The translations under genes were made by a program, and so were the position numbers. Shown here piece after piece: positions 12,001-25,028 of a stretch of DNA of 64,000 nt. Origin of the DNA: Marsupella aquatica. Its lineage: Eukaryota; Plantae; Marchantiophyta. How positions within the stretch are numbered: the first letter of the stretch is position 1; each line of letters opens with the position of its first letter. The stretch is taken from NCBI GenBank assembly GCA_973895155.1, contig OZ316898.1, forward strand, positions 14,228,330 to 14,292,329, given 5' to 3'. The notes under the pieces were generated by a model that searched no databases, was not told the DNA's origin, and saw nothing but the letters and a program-made list of their open reading frames with translations.

Positions 12001-13791
12001 TGGTTGTTGTGAAATGTGACTCGTCCTAGCCTCCCATCCCGGACTCTTAGTTGGAACATGAAATAGAACAGAAATCGGAGGTGACCCTGGTACTTCTGAT
12101 GCAATTGCACCCGACGATTTGTCCTCCTCTGTAGCTGAGACCTCTACTTTTGATGTTGGTGCAGCATTTGGTGCCTCTCCTTCTAAAAGTGACATCTCTT
12201 CTTCTGATGCCGGTACCTCTACCAGTACTGGTGGTGCGGCTGCCTGTAACTCTACCAAAACTGGTGAGTCACCTCCACTCGACATAGACTCCTCTCGCTG
12301 TATCTTTGAAGTAGGATAATGAATTGGGAAAGTACCTGCTTCTGCTGGTGCTGCTACTGGTACCTCTACTATAGCTGGAACACCAGGATAATAAATTGGG
12401 AAAGTACCTGCTTCTGCTGGTGCTGCTGCTGGTACCTCTACTATAGCTGGAACACCAGAAACTGGCGGTAACTCTGAAATTGGGCTACGCTATGATGCCT
12501 CTACATCATAACCTGCATGTACCCTGGCACCAAGACCTACCAGAACCTCACAACATCTCTCGTCACCTCCGCTCTCACCTTCTCCACTCGATGTCTCACT
12601 GCCAACTTGTTCTGAATGCAACCCAACCTGCCTTTCCAATTCTAATATGCGGACTCTCTATCTGTCGTTTTCTTTCATCAAATCGAGGACCAATTTTTTA
12701 TGATTCTCCACAGCTTCTTGTAGCATGTCCAATTTTTCTGCAAGATCAACCTCTAGCGCACGTATGTGCTGTGATAGAACATGCATGCACTCTGGCATAG
12801 AGGGCGGCGATTTGTGCTCACCCTGAGGACATTTCTATTCATCCCTGGAGAATTGGGGCGCAACCTCCGATGGGTGCCCCTCACCGTCAGACGCACCATC
12901 CCCTTCCTCGTCCTCTTGTGAGCCATCTTCTCCTTCCTCGTCCTCTCGTGATCCGTCATCCCCTTCCTCGTCCTCCTGTGAGCCACTGTCCCCGTCCTTG
13001 TCCTCTTCTGAGCCAGCCTCCCCTTCCTCGTCCTCTTGTGAGCCATTGTCCCCTTTCTCCTTGTTGTCCTCCTCATGATCATCTTCGTGTTGTTCGACCA
13101 TAAGCTCCTCCAGCGAATACCCGTAGTGTACAAGAATCTGCGTTATAGCAGTGCCACAGTAGCAAGGAAGTCGTTTGTCTACGACACCATTCTTCGATAG
13201 GTGTGACTTTAACCTGAGGATCTCACTCGTCAGATTATCGTACACCAAATGTGCCCAATCGGGCTTCACCACGGGAGTTTCAGCTCCTCTAAAATGATCA
13301 CGTACCCTAATCGTATCCCACCAATACGCCCAGTATACCCACATGTCTTTTGAGGTGACTTGAGTGGGTTTGCTCTTGCCTGAGAGCAATTCAGAAATCG
13401 CCCTGATTATCCCACACCACTGCATATATGGCGCAGTGATTTTGTCTAGACTGTATGGGTTGCCTTTCGTCTTGGCGGAAAACATGGAATTTAGTTGACC
13501 TTGGACCAACCCAGGTTTAAATCGGGCCCATTCTCCAGACGGAAAAGCAAATGCAGCTCGCAATACCTCTCTGTTGAATGTGTGAGTTGCACCCCGGAAT
13601 GACACACAGTTTCGACCTTGATCATACCCTACTGCAAACTCCTTTACAGCAGGAATTGCAACTCTGGGCCAGTCGAGTTCAAAACATGGAACCAAACCAG
13701 CTTTTCTAGCTAAATTATGGTCTGCAGGGGCCATCCCTAGATAATGCCGTATTACCCTCCCCGAGCATGACTTCCAAATCATCTCCATCAC
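9022..13791 (-). pseudogene. Spliced gene: Transposase_32-like domain + acidic/Pro linker + RAD5/Ris1-type RING-SNF2 ATPase; premature stops
   Basis: SNF2 motifs [114 protein letters not shown]; RING-like CVDC...GHVYCGIC...C...C. Phase-1 intron 12821-12753 joins ORF 12835-13791 in frame to ORF 11728-12285. Confidence 0.85.
12901..13050. repeat. Coding 30-bp tandem repeat x5 (GSQEDEEG-type acidic repeats)
   Basis: CCCTTCCTCGTCCTCTTGTGAGCCA unit with 30-bp period. Confidence 0.9.
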
Positions 13792-14540
13792 GACTGTACA
13801 AACAAAGCAGGCCTTAGTTGCGCCATTCTAACAATCGATCAATATACTTCATGCGGAATTAAGAACCAAAGGAGTTGAGTGAAAGAGGGGTACATACGAT
13901 CTGTGATATCCTCATCGCTCTGCATCAACAATGCGACCGGCGCTGGACGATCATGTCGACAAACCATACTTTCACCAATCCTCCAACGTCACCCCGCGCT
14001 CGTCGATACTTGCTTCCGTCGCTAACACCCCAAGTGTTATCCAATGGCAGACTTGTCAGCCACAAAGATCTACGAAACCTATACAATCAAAGACTGCAGC
14101 AAAAGAGCTCGCACCATTGCCCAAAGCTTATAAGGAATTCCTCATAGGGCGTTCATGTGCCCAGTGGCATGCATCATTTAGTCACTGCAGTTTCAGTAGT
14201 AGATCTCACAACAAAGATTTTGTCTCCGATCGGTGGCACCGCCCTTTCACTACCCCAACGTACATTTTGTCATGTTCGCAAGTAACCTGGTAATACCCAT
14301 CCCTTATGTCACGTCCGACCCAGAATCCAATGATATTTGTGACCCGTGCCGTCCCCGATCATACCCCGTGCGAAGCACCATAGCGTCACCATCACAGGCT
14401 CACGTCTGACCTACATCTCACACATCCTACGGTCTGCATCCTGGTCAGTATTCAGTTATTGACAAAACGGCGCCTCTCAAGTGTTGTCATATCCCATAGT
14501 ATCTTTCTTTTTGTCGTACTTGGGACTTTCCATGGTATTA

Positions 14541-17500
14541 CTATACGGTATTCCACCGTACAGGGATACCATGGTGAAGTCCAATTGCACGAAAATCAAG
14601 CCTCAACGCAACTAATCTTTGAAAGGTGATGTGTTCATCAATTTGTGACGCTGCCTTGTAGATTGGGCAACTTGACCGAGAACCCTGTACTGACAACCAG
14701 CTCACACCAACCTTCCCGAGGTCCTTCTCATTATCATTTGCATTGTGCGATTCTGCCATGTCATCCCCTCCCTCCTCCTCCTCCCCGTCAGAAGCACCGT
14801 CCACTCCTACATCCCCCACTTGCATTTCCGTTGCCGCATCGCGCCTGGGAAGGAGGACTTCCCTTACAACACACAGGTCAGGGACAGAAAGTGAGTCCGC
14901 TATTGCAATCATTATGTCCCCTACCTCTGGGAAAGGAGGGCAGTTTGCAATTGTGGTAGGGAGTTCCCGTGCTAAAGTATCTCCAATCTCCAAGGCTACA
15001 ACCTCCCTCCCGCCTCTTCGAATTGGGAAGAACTTGTGTAGAATTCTTGACATAGGCCTACAGTTGTTGCCATGTGCGTGATATACTTTTGGTTCCAAAA
15101 GAGTAAACAGGGAATACTCATCTCGTTCCCAAGACAGTAAATTTCGCCGAGGATCCTGTGTATACTGTTGTTTATACCAATCCGCCTCAAAGAATATGTC
15201 CATGTGGCCATCGAATTCGTGCATGAAAATCTTTTGGAGTACTGCTTTCCAGTTTTGAGGATGTGAAGCATCTGTACTCCCATCTACCAGTACAACAACG
15301 TGATCGTCAGGCCTGTACACTTCAGCTCTCCACACAGCTGATCGCAATGGAGTGCAAGATTCACTAATTTCGTGGTCCTCACTGAATACTCCAACATTTG
15401 TCCAATGCTGCTTCAATGACATCCTGGCGGACAGCCCCAGTTTCTTTGTCAGCTTCCTGTTTGAGCCTATGCCAACCCCTTTGCTCAACAACATGTGCTT
15501 GCAACCATATGACTCCATAGAGGATATCATACTATCCCACAATTCCATCGCTAGAATTTGACTTGAAACTATTGGCACCGAATTCCCGTGCCAGTGTGGG
15601 CATTCAGATGGTGGTACAGTGACTCTGCACCTGTGCTCCTTACGATGCTCCGCAGGTACACGCAGGGATGCATGAACTTTCTCCAAAGCCCTCTGATGAG
15701 GGAAAAGTCCATCGTCATCTTCCCAAATGTACGACGATATTTTTGTGAAAAAGCGTCGTGCAAAATGAAGAGAATAAGTGACTTCCTGGTCCTTCTGATT
15801 TGTTCTGGTGCGTCCATAGTCTGATACCATCCTCTCGAAGCGGTAGCACCAATAAACATAGTGTGGGCCATGTCGTTCTATCCCATCAAATATCTCTCCG
15901 CTCCCTAAAAATTGGGATCAAAACACATTGGGATTAGAACATCACCTCAGTGCAATGATGGATCGACCAACAATGAATACCCACTGTCATCATGGTCATG
16001 TAGCAAGTGTAAACAAAATGACTCACCAGCAACATGCTCTAGAATTGCTCCATTTGGGCCCCAAGCCTCTTCTGAGCAAACTCTCCAAGAAGCCAGTAGA
16101 GACCTGCCTTTTTTCAATGTGGCTGTAGTCCAACCCTCTTGTCTACTTTTGATATAAAAGAGGCGTGCAATCTCTACCAAAAGAATCCCAAGCGTCCCAA
16201 GGTCAGAGTGGACACTAATGTCCATCTGTTGGAGGATATGAGGCAGACAATACAATATGAATCGCGTGAACTCTTCAGCCTTGAAGTATCCCAATCTTTC
16301 AAAAGGTTGTTTAGGCCACCTTCCATCAAAACCTCTCGGTTTCCTAGCAGTAACCTCCTCCAGAGCATCTTCAAACTGTTTTTGATGTTGACGGGGAACA
16401 CTCGAAACTAGAAGCTCGCAGTATTTCTTGAAAAGGCACAAGGCAAGGATATGCATTGTATCATACACCAGATCCTTGCTCAAACAAAATCCAGTAAGCT
16501 CATGTAGTCGCCAAGCCCTGGTCATGTTTGAAATCCCGCACTCCCTGCTTATCTTCATCCTCTCTGCAGTTGTTCCTGCCCTGGTCACGTTCCTGGCCGC
16601 CTCCCTCACCTCTTCAATTTTCCGTGTAGGTGGTGGATATCTCATCTGCATCCTATTGTTGTCATACACAGCCTTCCCAGAAAACCTCGGGGTTGTGATT
16701 GGTCAGTCTCCTTTCGAGGATGATCAAACTTGCACTTCATCCATCGAGTGCTCATTTTACAATTCCTACAAGCGGAATAACCTGTAACATTCCAGCCCCC
16801 AAATTTACATTGTGCGGGATGATCTCCAGTGAAAACTGCTAATAGTGCTCGTAGCACACACCTGGAGTCATTCGGTACATTATCCTCTTCAGCCAATAAT
16901 TCCACAGGGTAATTGTAATCCACCTCTATCCCATCCACAAACAACTCCTCCAGTTCTCTTATGAATGGTTCTAAGAAAGCATCCAAGCATTTCAGCTTTT
17001 TTTTCCTACGTCGTCGTCATCACATGGCGGGATAAAAAGAACAGGGATAGGTAGAATTTTGGTTTGAGACCCGGCGCTTAAAACTTGGACCTCTACAGTC
17101 CAGGTGCTTTTGTGGGCAGTCTTGGCAGACTGAAATCCATCCCAGTGTGCCATGAGTGCAATATTTTGGGGATCACCCTGCATGCGGTGGGTCACACTAG
17201 TTAGTCAAAAGTTACTCTATCATAACCCATAAATACCCTAAAAATACCCAGACCATACCCTGGTCATACAAAAGTGCGCAACAACAGTAACGCAAGAAGA
17301 AATCACTAACCTTTGCAAATTGTTTCGGGGCCGTGACTCGAGATCCACAATCTGAGCATTGGAAGTCGTATTGTTTGCTGACATTATCCCAGTTGGCAGT
17401 ATCCAACAACTCAGGACATTTATTTGGTGTTGTTGAATAGCAAGCATAACAGTTTCGGCATAACACGGGAATCTCAAACTGTGTGCCAGTGTCCCAAAAG

Positions 17501-18606
17501 TAGGATAGCTCGGAAGCACGGTAGCCGTCCCACCATTCCTTGTACACAGGTCTGGGCATGGAATCCTTCTTAAACCACTTATCTTTGTCCCTCCACATTG
17601 CCTGGAACTCATGACAAACAGATCGACTGCTACATAACTTCCGCAACATGGGACCAATGGGGAAATATTCAAACCGGAGCATCTCCTTGCGAGCCGTGCC
17701 GCAACCATCCAATGGGCAACGTTCCGAACAAAGCAAACAATCCCTGGCTAGATGCCACTTCATCCCTGCGATTGAACAACTGCACTTCAATCCAGTTCGG
17801 ACATTGTAGTCATCTTGGTGCGACGGCGGTAGGACTACGGGAGCATGCCAGTTTGGCTTCTGTCCAATACACATTCTCCACCGCTGCGTTTTTGGCATAC
17901 CATATGCCTCAAACGTGCCACACAAACCCTTGAATGATGACAATGCATCAATTCCATGGCGTCCTCCGTCCCACGTCACACCAACGTGCCTTAGGAGTGC
18001 GCCCAGTCCTACATTTGCCATGTCGGATGGAGGGTCGGGTGAAGGTGTCAAATTTGTAGATGGGAGAATCTGAATCTTCCCGAATAGCATTTTCAAAATG
18101 CTATCCTGCAATGCCTGAGGCATTTTAGCCTCGTCAAGCATTGATTGTAATCTCCAAGTTTGTCGATAAATTGCTTCGTCCACGGTCAGTATTCTTTGAG
18201 GCATTATGTGGATACCATACTGCATGGGAAGCGTCTGACCAATCCCATCAACATCCAGGTCCTGCAAATCGTTTCTTCCAACGTCATCATTCCCGTCTCC
18301 TCCTGTAAGTGCCCTGTACAACAAAGTTGGGGCTGTATATCTGTGTTCTTGTCGGGACATTTGAACACCTAAGAAGCTGGCAGAATGACCGTCTTGATGC
18401 GATAGGCCATGGCCATCCGGATGCCCACGGTCCACTAAAAACTTTGCAGGAATGACCCTGCCTGTCTTGTCATAGTTTGCATGTCGTCTTTGATTCCTTG
18501 GGCTCACAAAATCATACCCATCCCATAAGCGCGAACATTTGTACTGACAGGTGCATCGTTCCTTCGGTTCTGGCGTCATGGTGCACACTGCCGTTCCTGT
18601 GTACAA
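14541..18606 (-). pseudogene. Divergent CACTA/CMC (Tnp2/TnpD-like) transposase, 3 exons, 2 frameshifts
   Basis: Exons ~18606-17311, 17177-16027, 15904-14541 with GT-AG junctions. Motifs HWDGFQ, DAFLEPFIRELEELFVDGI, TGDHPAQCKFGG...GYSACRNC, YDTMH, KAEE and, after splicing, GPHYVYWCYRFERMV, parallel to DG / D / DPMH / GP...WMY..ER of the TnpDs in this window. Confidence 0.85.
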
Positions 18607-20417
18607 AATATTGCAACGAAGTCGATTCAGAATTCCTCAGGAGGTGGATGTGCGCGGTGGGATTGTCGGAAGGACGATTGGAGAAGTTCATTATTATGTT
18701 GAATACTGTGCATAATTAGGTGGGGCCCACGGCATTCATGACTCCGGGAAAGCATTCAAACGTCCTTGTTGCATGTGAGCGAATGTGCTACAGTAGGTGG
18801 GAAACCTTATCGTTGACCCTGCAAGCCCGGGGCCACTACCTCTAATCCCTCTAAGGCAGTCACTCACCATGTTGAATTCATGCTTATGCTATTCAAATTT
18901 GAAGTTCATGTGTATGGTTTTCTTTCTTGGGCAGCTTACTCCGGGAGTTTATTGACATTTTTGGTTCAAAGTGCATGTTTTTTATTATTGTTGGGACATT
19001 GAAATTGTTGTTGGGCCCTGTCTAGGTCTTTATTTATTTTGTATCCGACCCATCCTTTCTTACAATATGGTCTATGTAAATAGAATTGTCATCCAAGCTT
19101 TTTAATGGCATTCCAGTTCACCAAATGCATACCAGCTGGTTATAGGGGCTGGCCACGACATCAGCCATCTCAAATGTCACAAGATTAGTGTCACACATAC
19201 TAATTATTGTGTGACCCTGAAATACCCTGCTGCCTCAATCTTACGTGCTCATGTCAATTTGTTTTGGGGTTAAGGACCCCCAATGTACCATTTGAAAATA
19301 GGTCATTGGTTGATACCCCCTTCTTAAATGAAGATAGAGTAATGGCGCAATATATTGAAGTTTAAATAAGTAATGTAGACTATGGAATATTCCTCTAGGG
19401 ATATAGTGTAGCCTAATATTCCCTTTGTTAATTCATTTTAGTACTAGTTTGTTTACCTTCATGAAGTCTATAAGCTACCAGAGTTTTAGACAAATTAACA
19501 CAGGAAGAACAATAATTTTCTAGTACTAATTTACAAAAGGATCTAATGTGATAGGATAAGTAATGTTTTTACATGCATAACAAGGCATTTTTAATGCATC
19601 AAACGATATACATGGGGGGGGGGGTTTGTTCTCAGGGGGGTTCACTTAATGTAGCAAAAGAGGGAGGGCCGAGGGATTCTACTTTGATTTTGATTTTATA
19701 AATACGTACATAATCCGCTTTTCAATTCGTCAAACTTTAATAAAGTTTGAAATGTAATTGAGCTTCATTTGTAAAATGTTAAGTTACACACATCAATTCA
19801 GAGTCTATCTGCTTGTCACCAAAAGTAATCTAACTTACTTGAATATAGAATGGCATGTATTTACTCTTGATCACTTCTTAGATAGTGTCACACTTGTTAA
19901 TGATGGTCAACCTTCAAAATCCTTAGATTACGGATTATTAATCCTTAAATTACCCTTCCATTGACATATCATACTAGCTAGCCTTCATTACCTGTTCTTT
20001 GCACAAACATGAATAGAGGATAGTACGTATAAATCATGACAAATGGCATACATGCTTATTATTTGACATACTGGTCATGAGTTTTCTCATCCACATGATC
20101 TACCTTGTAGTTGGCGCTTTATAAGTTCTATTGTTAAGGGACTGAGACAATTGGTACCTACCTAGCTACCTCCCAAGTTCACCTTAGGATCACGGAACTT
20201 GTTATACATGCATCTGCGAACATGCATGTTGATTTAATCACTCTCTCAAAAAGGAATAGGAAGGTCACAAAACCCACCAATCATTTATTGACATGTGGCA
20301 ACCAATGAATTGTGTGATGAAAAGTGGGACTTTTTGAATTGTTACCCCCTTACTTCATCCCTACTTCTAAGCACTTCCTTACAAATTAATAATGACTGAA
20401 ACGCCCCATACTTTGGT

Positions 20418-20877
20418 GCACATGATGTGAACATTTAATTTGTGGAAGTGACCCCCACCCCCACCCACCCTGAGCTACCTCCATACTTCATCCTTAAATT
20501 AATTAACCTTCCACATATGCATGCATGCATATATGTGCACAAGTCTTAGGGTTTAGGGTTTAGGGTTAGGGTAATGAATAAAAGGCCCCTTACTTCGATC
20601 ATTTGCACATGATGTGAACATTTAATTTGTGGAAGTGACCCGCACCCCCACCCACCCTGAGCTACCTCCATACTTCATCCTTAAATTAATTAACCTTCCA
20701 CATATGCATGCATGCATATATGTACGTGCGCAAGTCTTAGGGTTTAGGGTTAGGGTAATGCATAAAAGGCCCCTTACTTCGATCATTTGCACATGATGTG
20801 AACATTTAATGGGTGGAAGTGACCCCCACCCCCACCCACCCTGAGCTACCTCCATGTTTCATCCTTAAATTAATTAA
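20418..20877. repeat. ~185-bp tandem repeat, ~2.5 copies, with telomere-like TTAGGG/TTTAGGG runs
   Basis: GCACATGATGTGAACATTTAAT...CCCACCCACCCTGAGCTACCTCCAT recurs at ~20418, ~20605 and ~20788. Confidence 0.9.
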
Positions 20878-21857
20878 TACGCCTGCCTAGCTGTATGTTT
20901 GGTCGCGTTTCACAGGACTTGGCAAGGAAATGATAATCATTTCCAATCTTATTTTTATGTTTCTCATATTTATGTAATAATATATACTAAGTGCGTGATG
21001 ACCCCCCCCCCTAAAGAAAAGAAAATAGAGTTTTAAAAAGCAAAATGACCCCTGCCTCACCCAATGCTTTTGTGTCCCTGCTCTTCAAAAACCCTTATAA
21101 CTTCACCTTAAAAGCAGGAAAATGTGTTAAAAACTCTCCCCTTGTAAGTCATCATGATGTGACATAAAGTGTGCCAATGGTCCATATAACTGGCAATATA
21201 AGGGCCTAGATCCAACATTTGAAACATGTGGCACATGGCAATGACAAAGTATTGTAGACATTATTATGGGCCCTGTTTTAGGCCCCTCATCACAAGTTCA
21301 GCCATATAGCAACCTCTATAAGATTCAATGTATGTAAGGAAAGCTCCCACAAGTTCAGCCAATGCCTTCAGAAAATGAAAACTCAGATTTATGTTAGGGG
21401 AAGGGTGAGAAATTTAGAACGGAAGGAGACAAAGTCTTTTTTTATTTGATTTATTTTGCCGCATATTTACTCCATTAAAACGTGCCCAAGTACACAAAGT
21501 GTCTGCCATGTCTCCCAAGAGAAAAACTCCGCGTCTCTCTAAAATGAACGTCTCCCAAAGCTCCGCTTCCGTAGAGTCAACGTCCCCGTAAAATCAACGT
21601 CTCCCAAAACTCGGCCCTAAACTCCGGGTCTCCCTTCTGGATCCTCTACTTGCATTCACTTTGCGCCCCACGATAATTTACTTATCTAGTGATCCCTCTG
21701 CACAATTTGTCGAGTGTTCTGCAGTCCGGCTTGTCATTTGATTCGCAACCATTGCAGATCGGTATTCGTCCCTTCCTGAGTAGTGCTTGCGCCCGACTGA
21801 GTGCCTGCCCTTCGCCACTATTGTTTGGATTTCTGCTGGGCGGCTCTTTTCAGAGAC

Positions 21858-22562
21858 ATGGCCACACTTAAAGATGTCGTTGGCTGCTGCAATGCTGGAG
21901 AAACGAGGACCTTCCCATCGATGAGGGTTTTTGTGGTCAATTTTGATGCTCCAATCGATTTTCCGCGGAAGTTTCTATACCGTGGATGTACTCGCTTCGT
22001 GACACCTGGGTGGATGTGTAATCGCACTGTTGAAGGGTCAAGTCGATGTCCCCATAATTCGGTTGCTGCTGGGACCTGGACAGAAAGGTATCGTTTTGAG
22101 GTGTTCCTGGTTGACTCTACTATCGGGCCACACTTCCCTCCAGTGCGAGCTAAGATTTTTGATGCAGCGACTGATCTCATAGGGATGCCTCCGCAGGATT
22201 TTAGCGAGAAGTAAGACTTTGTCCAGTTTGCTACTGTCCATAGAGCTACAACAAAGATGGAATGTGTGGACGTAGTGATCCGCTGCAAAGACGGTGAGGC
22301 CATTATTAATTCCTTGTCACCTGTAAGCGATGATGACTGTGAGATCTTGCATTCTGTGGTGCCTACTTCTGTCACTCCACGGAAGACGAAGTTGAAGACG
22401 GACAGTGTACCTTCAAGTTATCATACTGCACGAGGGAGGCATACAGCAGAATCTTCAAGATCATCTATTAATGCTTCAGACCCGGCCACGGCGTCGCAGC
22501 TTAGTTCTGTTAGATGTAGATTGCAGGACCTGCTTGATAGTTTGGATGCAACTCATATCTGA
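21858..22562 (+). pseudogene. RPA70 C-terminal-like zinc-ribbon OB-fold protein, one internal stop
   Basis: FLYRGC...CNRTV...CPH...RYRFEVFLVDST...AKIFDAATDLIGMPPQDF fits the Rep_fac-A_C pattern; ORF 22257-22562 is in frame after the TAA at 22212-22214. Confidence 0.75.
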
Positions 22563-24920
22563 TGTGACCAGATGCAAGCACAATGTACGACGGTTTGGCA
22601 TTTTGGGCAGGAGTCTTTTAGTTTGTAAGGTTCCTACAGGCCATGCAATGACCTGCCATTTTGGTTTGATATGGCAGAACGTGTATGCTTGGTTTGTGGG
22701 GCAAGTGGGACCAGAATGTATGTATGTGAATGGTCGACTTATTTTCAATGTGCAATAAAGGGGGGCTCGGACCTGCATCTGTTAAATGAAGGTTGTGATG
22801 TCCACGATGCGTTTGTTAAAACATACCAGAAAGTAATTGGGTGTTAATCGGCTGGTGTTTAATCGATGAATGGGTCTCGGCTAGTGTTTAATCGATGAAT
22901 GGGTCTCGGAAATTTTTCATTTTGCAATTTGTGCGCAATTTCTCAAGGAAAACTTCCAACTTCAAACTCTGATACAGGACAGCAAGTAGAACTCAGCCAC
23001 TATAGCGCTTTTGCGGATCGCATCGACATCATGTAGTGGGTCATCATAGTTCACGGAGAATTGGGTAAGGGCCCCTCCCCAATCTCCGGACATCAACAGA
23101 CCAAAAAAATAGAGAAACACCTGAAACTCATTGGGCGGATCCGCGGCTCCATCGATCCCAAACGACCAGGAAGGGAAAAAAAACACAAGCATACAGACAA
23201 CCGTAAAAACAACATGACCCCAAACAATACATTTATGGCAGATGTGTTCTTGTTCCAGTAGGTGTTCATTATATTTATGGAGAATTGATGGGTAATGTAT
23301 GTAAATGAATAATGGAGTTCGCGCTTTGAAGGCCGGGGCAACGCTTGCAACTCAATGAAGAAGTAAGTAATCATGAAAAAATAGACGACAACTTCCATAT
23401 GCGTAAAATAGGTCGTAAAATTATCTTTTGCGACAACTTACCACTGCATACCGGTTGGCAAGGGGGGGTGGACAGCATACTGGCAACCCGGGCGGTTGCC
23501 ACAAAACAGGCATCGGCCTCGGACGATGCCACAACACCTTTGTCAGCATGGCGCTCATGATGTATATTGCTTCAACTGTAATCTCAAAGACTCAAAAAGT
23601 GTGGTCTGTTCTAAATATCCGAGTTCATTCTCATACTAACCTTGTAACATTAGTGTTGGAACGAGCATAACCACAAATACCCCAAACATACCCCTCACAT
23701 ACCTCGCACATACCTCGCACCGGCAGAACAAACTACGTCACATCCGCTTCTTCACTTCCTCTGATATTAATGCTCTACCTATTTCATATGACCTGCGTAG
23801 CCTGCAAAACATTCCACATACCATATATAATTAATGATGCATGTTGCATGAAAATAGATCGCGGAGTCTGTATCATTGAACATCCAGATTCATACCTGTT
23901 CCATCGATCAGAGCGCACCGGACACGAAGAAGATATATGGTTTAGTTGGTTTCTAAGGATCGGTGTACTAGCCAGCCTTGGGATCGGTGAAATCGATGAC
24001 GAGTTTCAAGGATGCGTAAATGGTACTGTAGGATATTTACTAGTAAGCCCGGGCTAAGGAAGAAGTGGGTGGTAAAGGGTAAGGTAAGATCTGCTTTCGC
24101 TTTGAAGTATACGAGAACCCTGTATTTGACTTGCGAGCACATTTCAAACTGAAATCATAAGCAAAAACTATTGCAATCAAAAGAATTGACTCCGAGTGCT
24201 GCCAATAATTTCTACCAAATCCAAAACACATTATAGGATATCGCACAAGGTGGCATGGGATTTGATAGAGAATTCTCCCACGTAGTACGAAGATCTGCAG
24301 GTGGCCTGTGGACTTCCACGTTTTGGATGATGTTATCGGGCGCGAACATGTAAAACTTATTCTGAAGTTGTCTGAGCTCGCACAGAGGAGGATCAAACAC
24401 TTAGAGTGGGAGGTGTGAGCTATGGTCAATGACCTCCACTCTTTAGTACCTTTGGAATTGTTCCCGCGGAAACGATCCCTCTGAAACTGGAGGGAAACTG
24501 AGGCCAGCCTTATCTTCTTGGTATCCTATGTAGGGTATTTGCCACATAGGCTTCTGATTGATCAGAAGGTCATCGCAGCTGGCGGCTTTACTTTCCCGAA
24601 GCGCAGGCTGCGCTAGTCTCCATGGGAATAGTTTGTATCTTGTCCTAACTTGTCATAGTAATCCAAACTGCGTGGACTTTTGAGTTAGGCCTAGAATAGT
24701 AGAGTGAGGGAAAATTTCCCAGCTGTATAATCATGACCGCAACTCCTAAATCCCCGGCCTAAATCGGCTGGATAGAAACAAAATCAGCGATGCGGTTGAC
24801 GCAATGGACTGCGGATATATCGCATTTTGAAGAGTGACATTATTAATTTGGACCAGGGCGGTCAGTTCAAAACTGACGAGGACCAGCTTTGAGGCGGGCA
24901 ACGCATGCACTACTTGCCTT

Positions 24921-25028
24921 GCAGCCTTTACCTCAAACACGCACGGGCGGGCGATTCAAACGGACGATGAACCCGCAGCCTTTACCTTCAACACGCGCAG
25001 GTGGGCAATTCAAATGAACGATGAACGA
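24921..25028. repeat. Tandem 54-bp duplication upstream of the SAM gene
   Basis: GCAGCCTTTACCT..AACACGC...ATTCAAA.G.ACGATGAAC twice. Confidence 0.8.
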
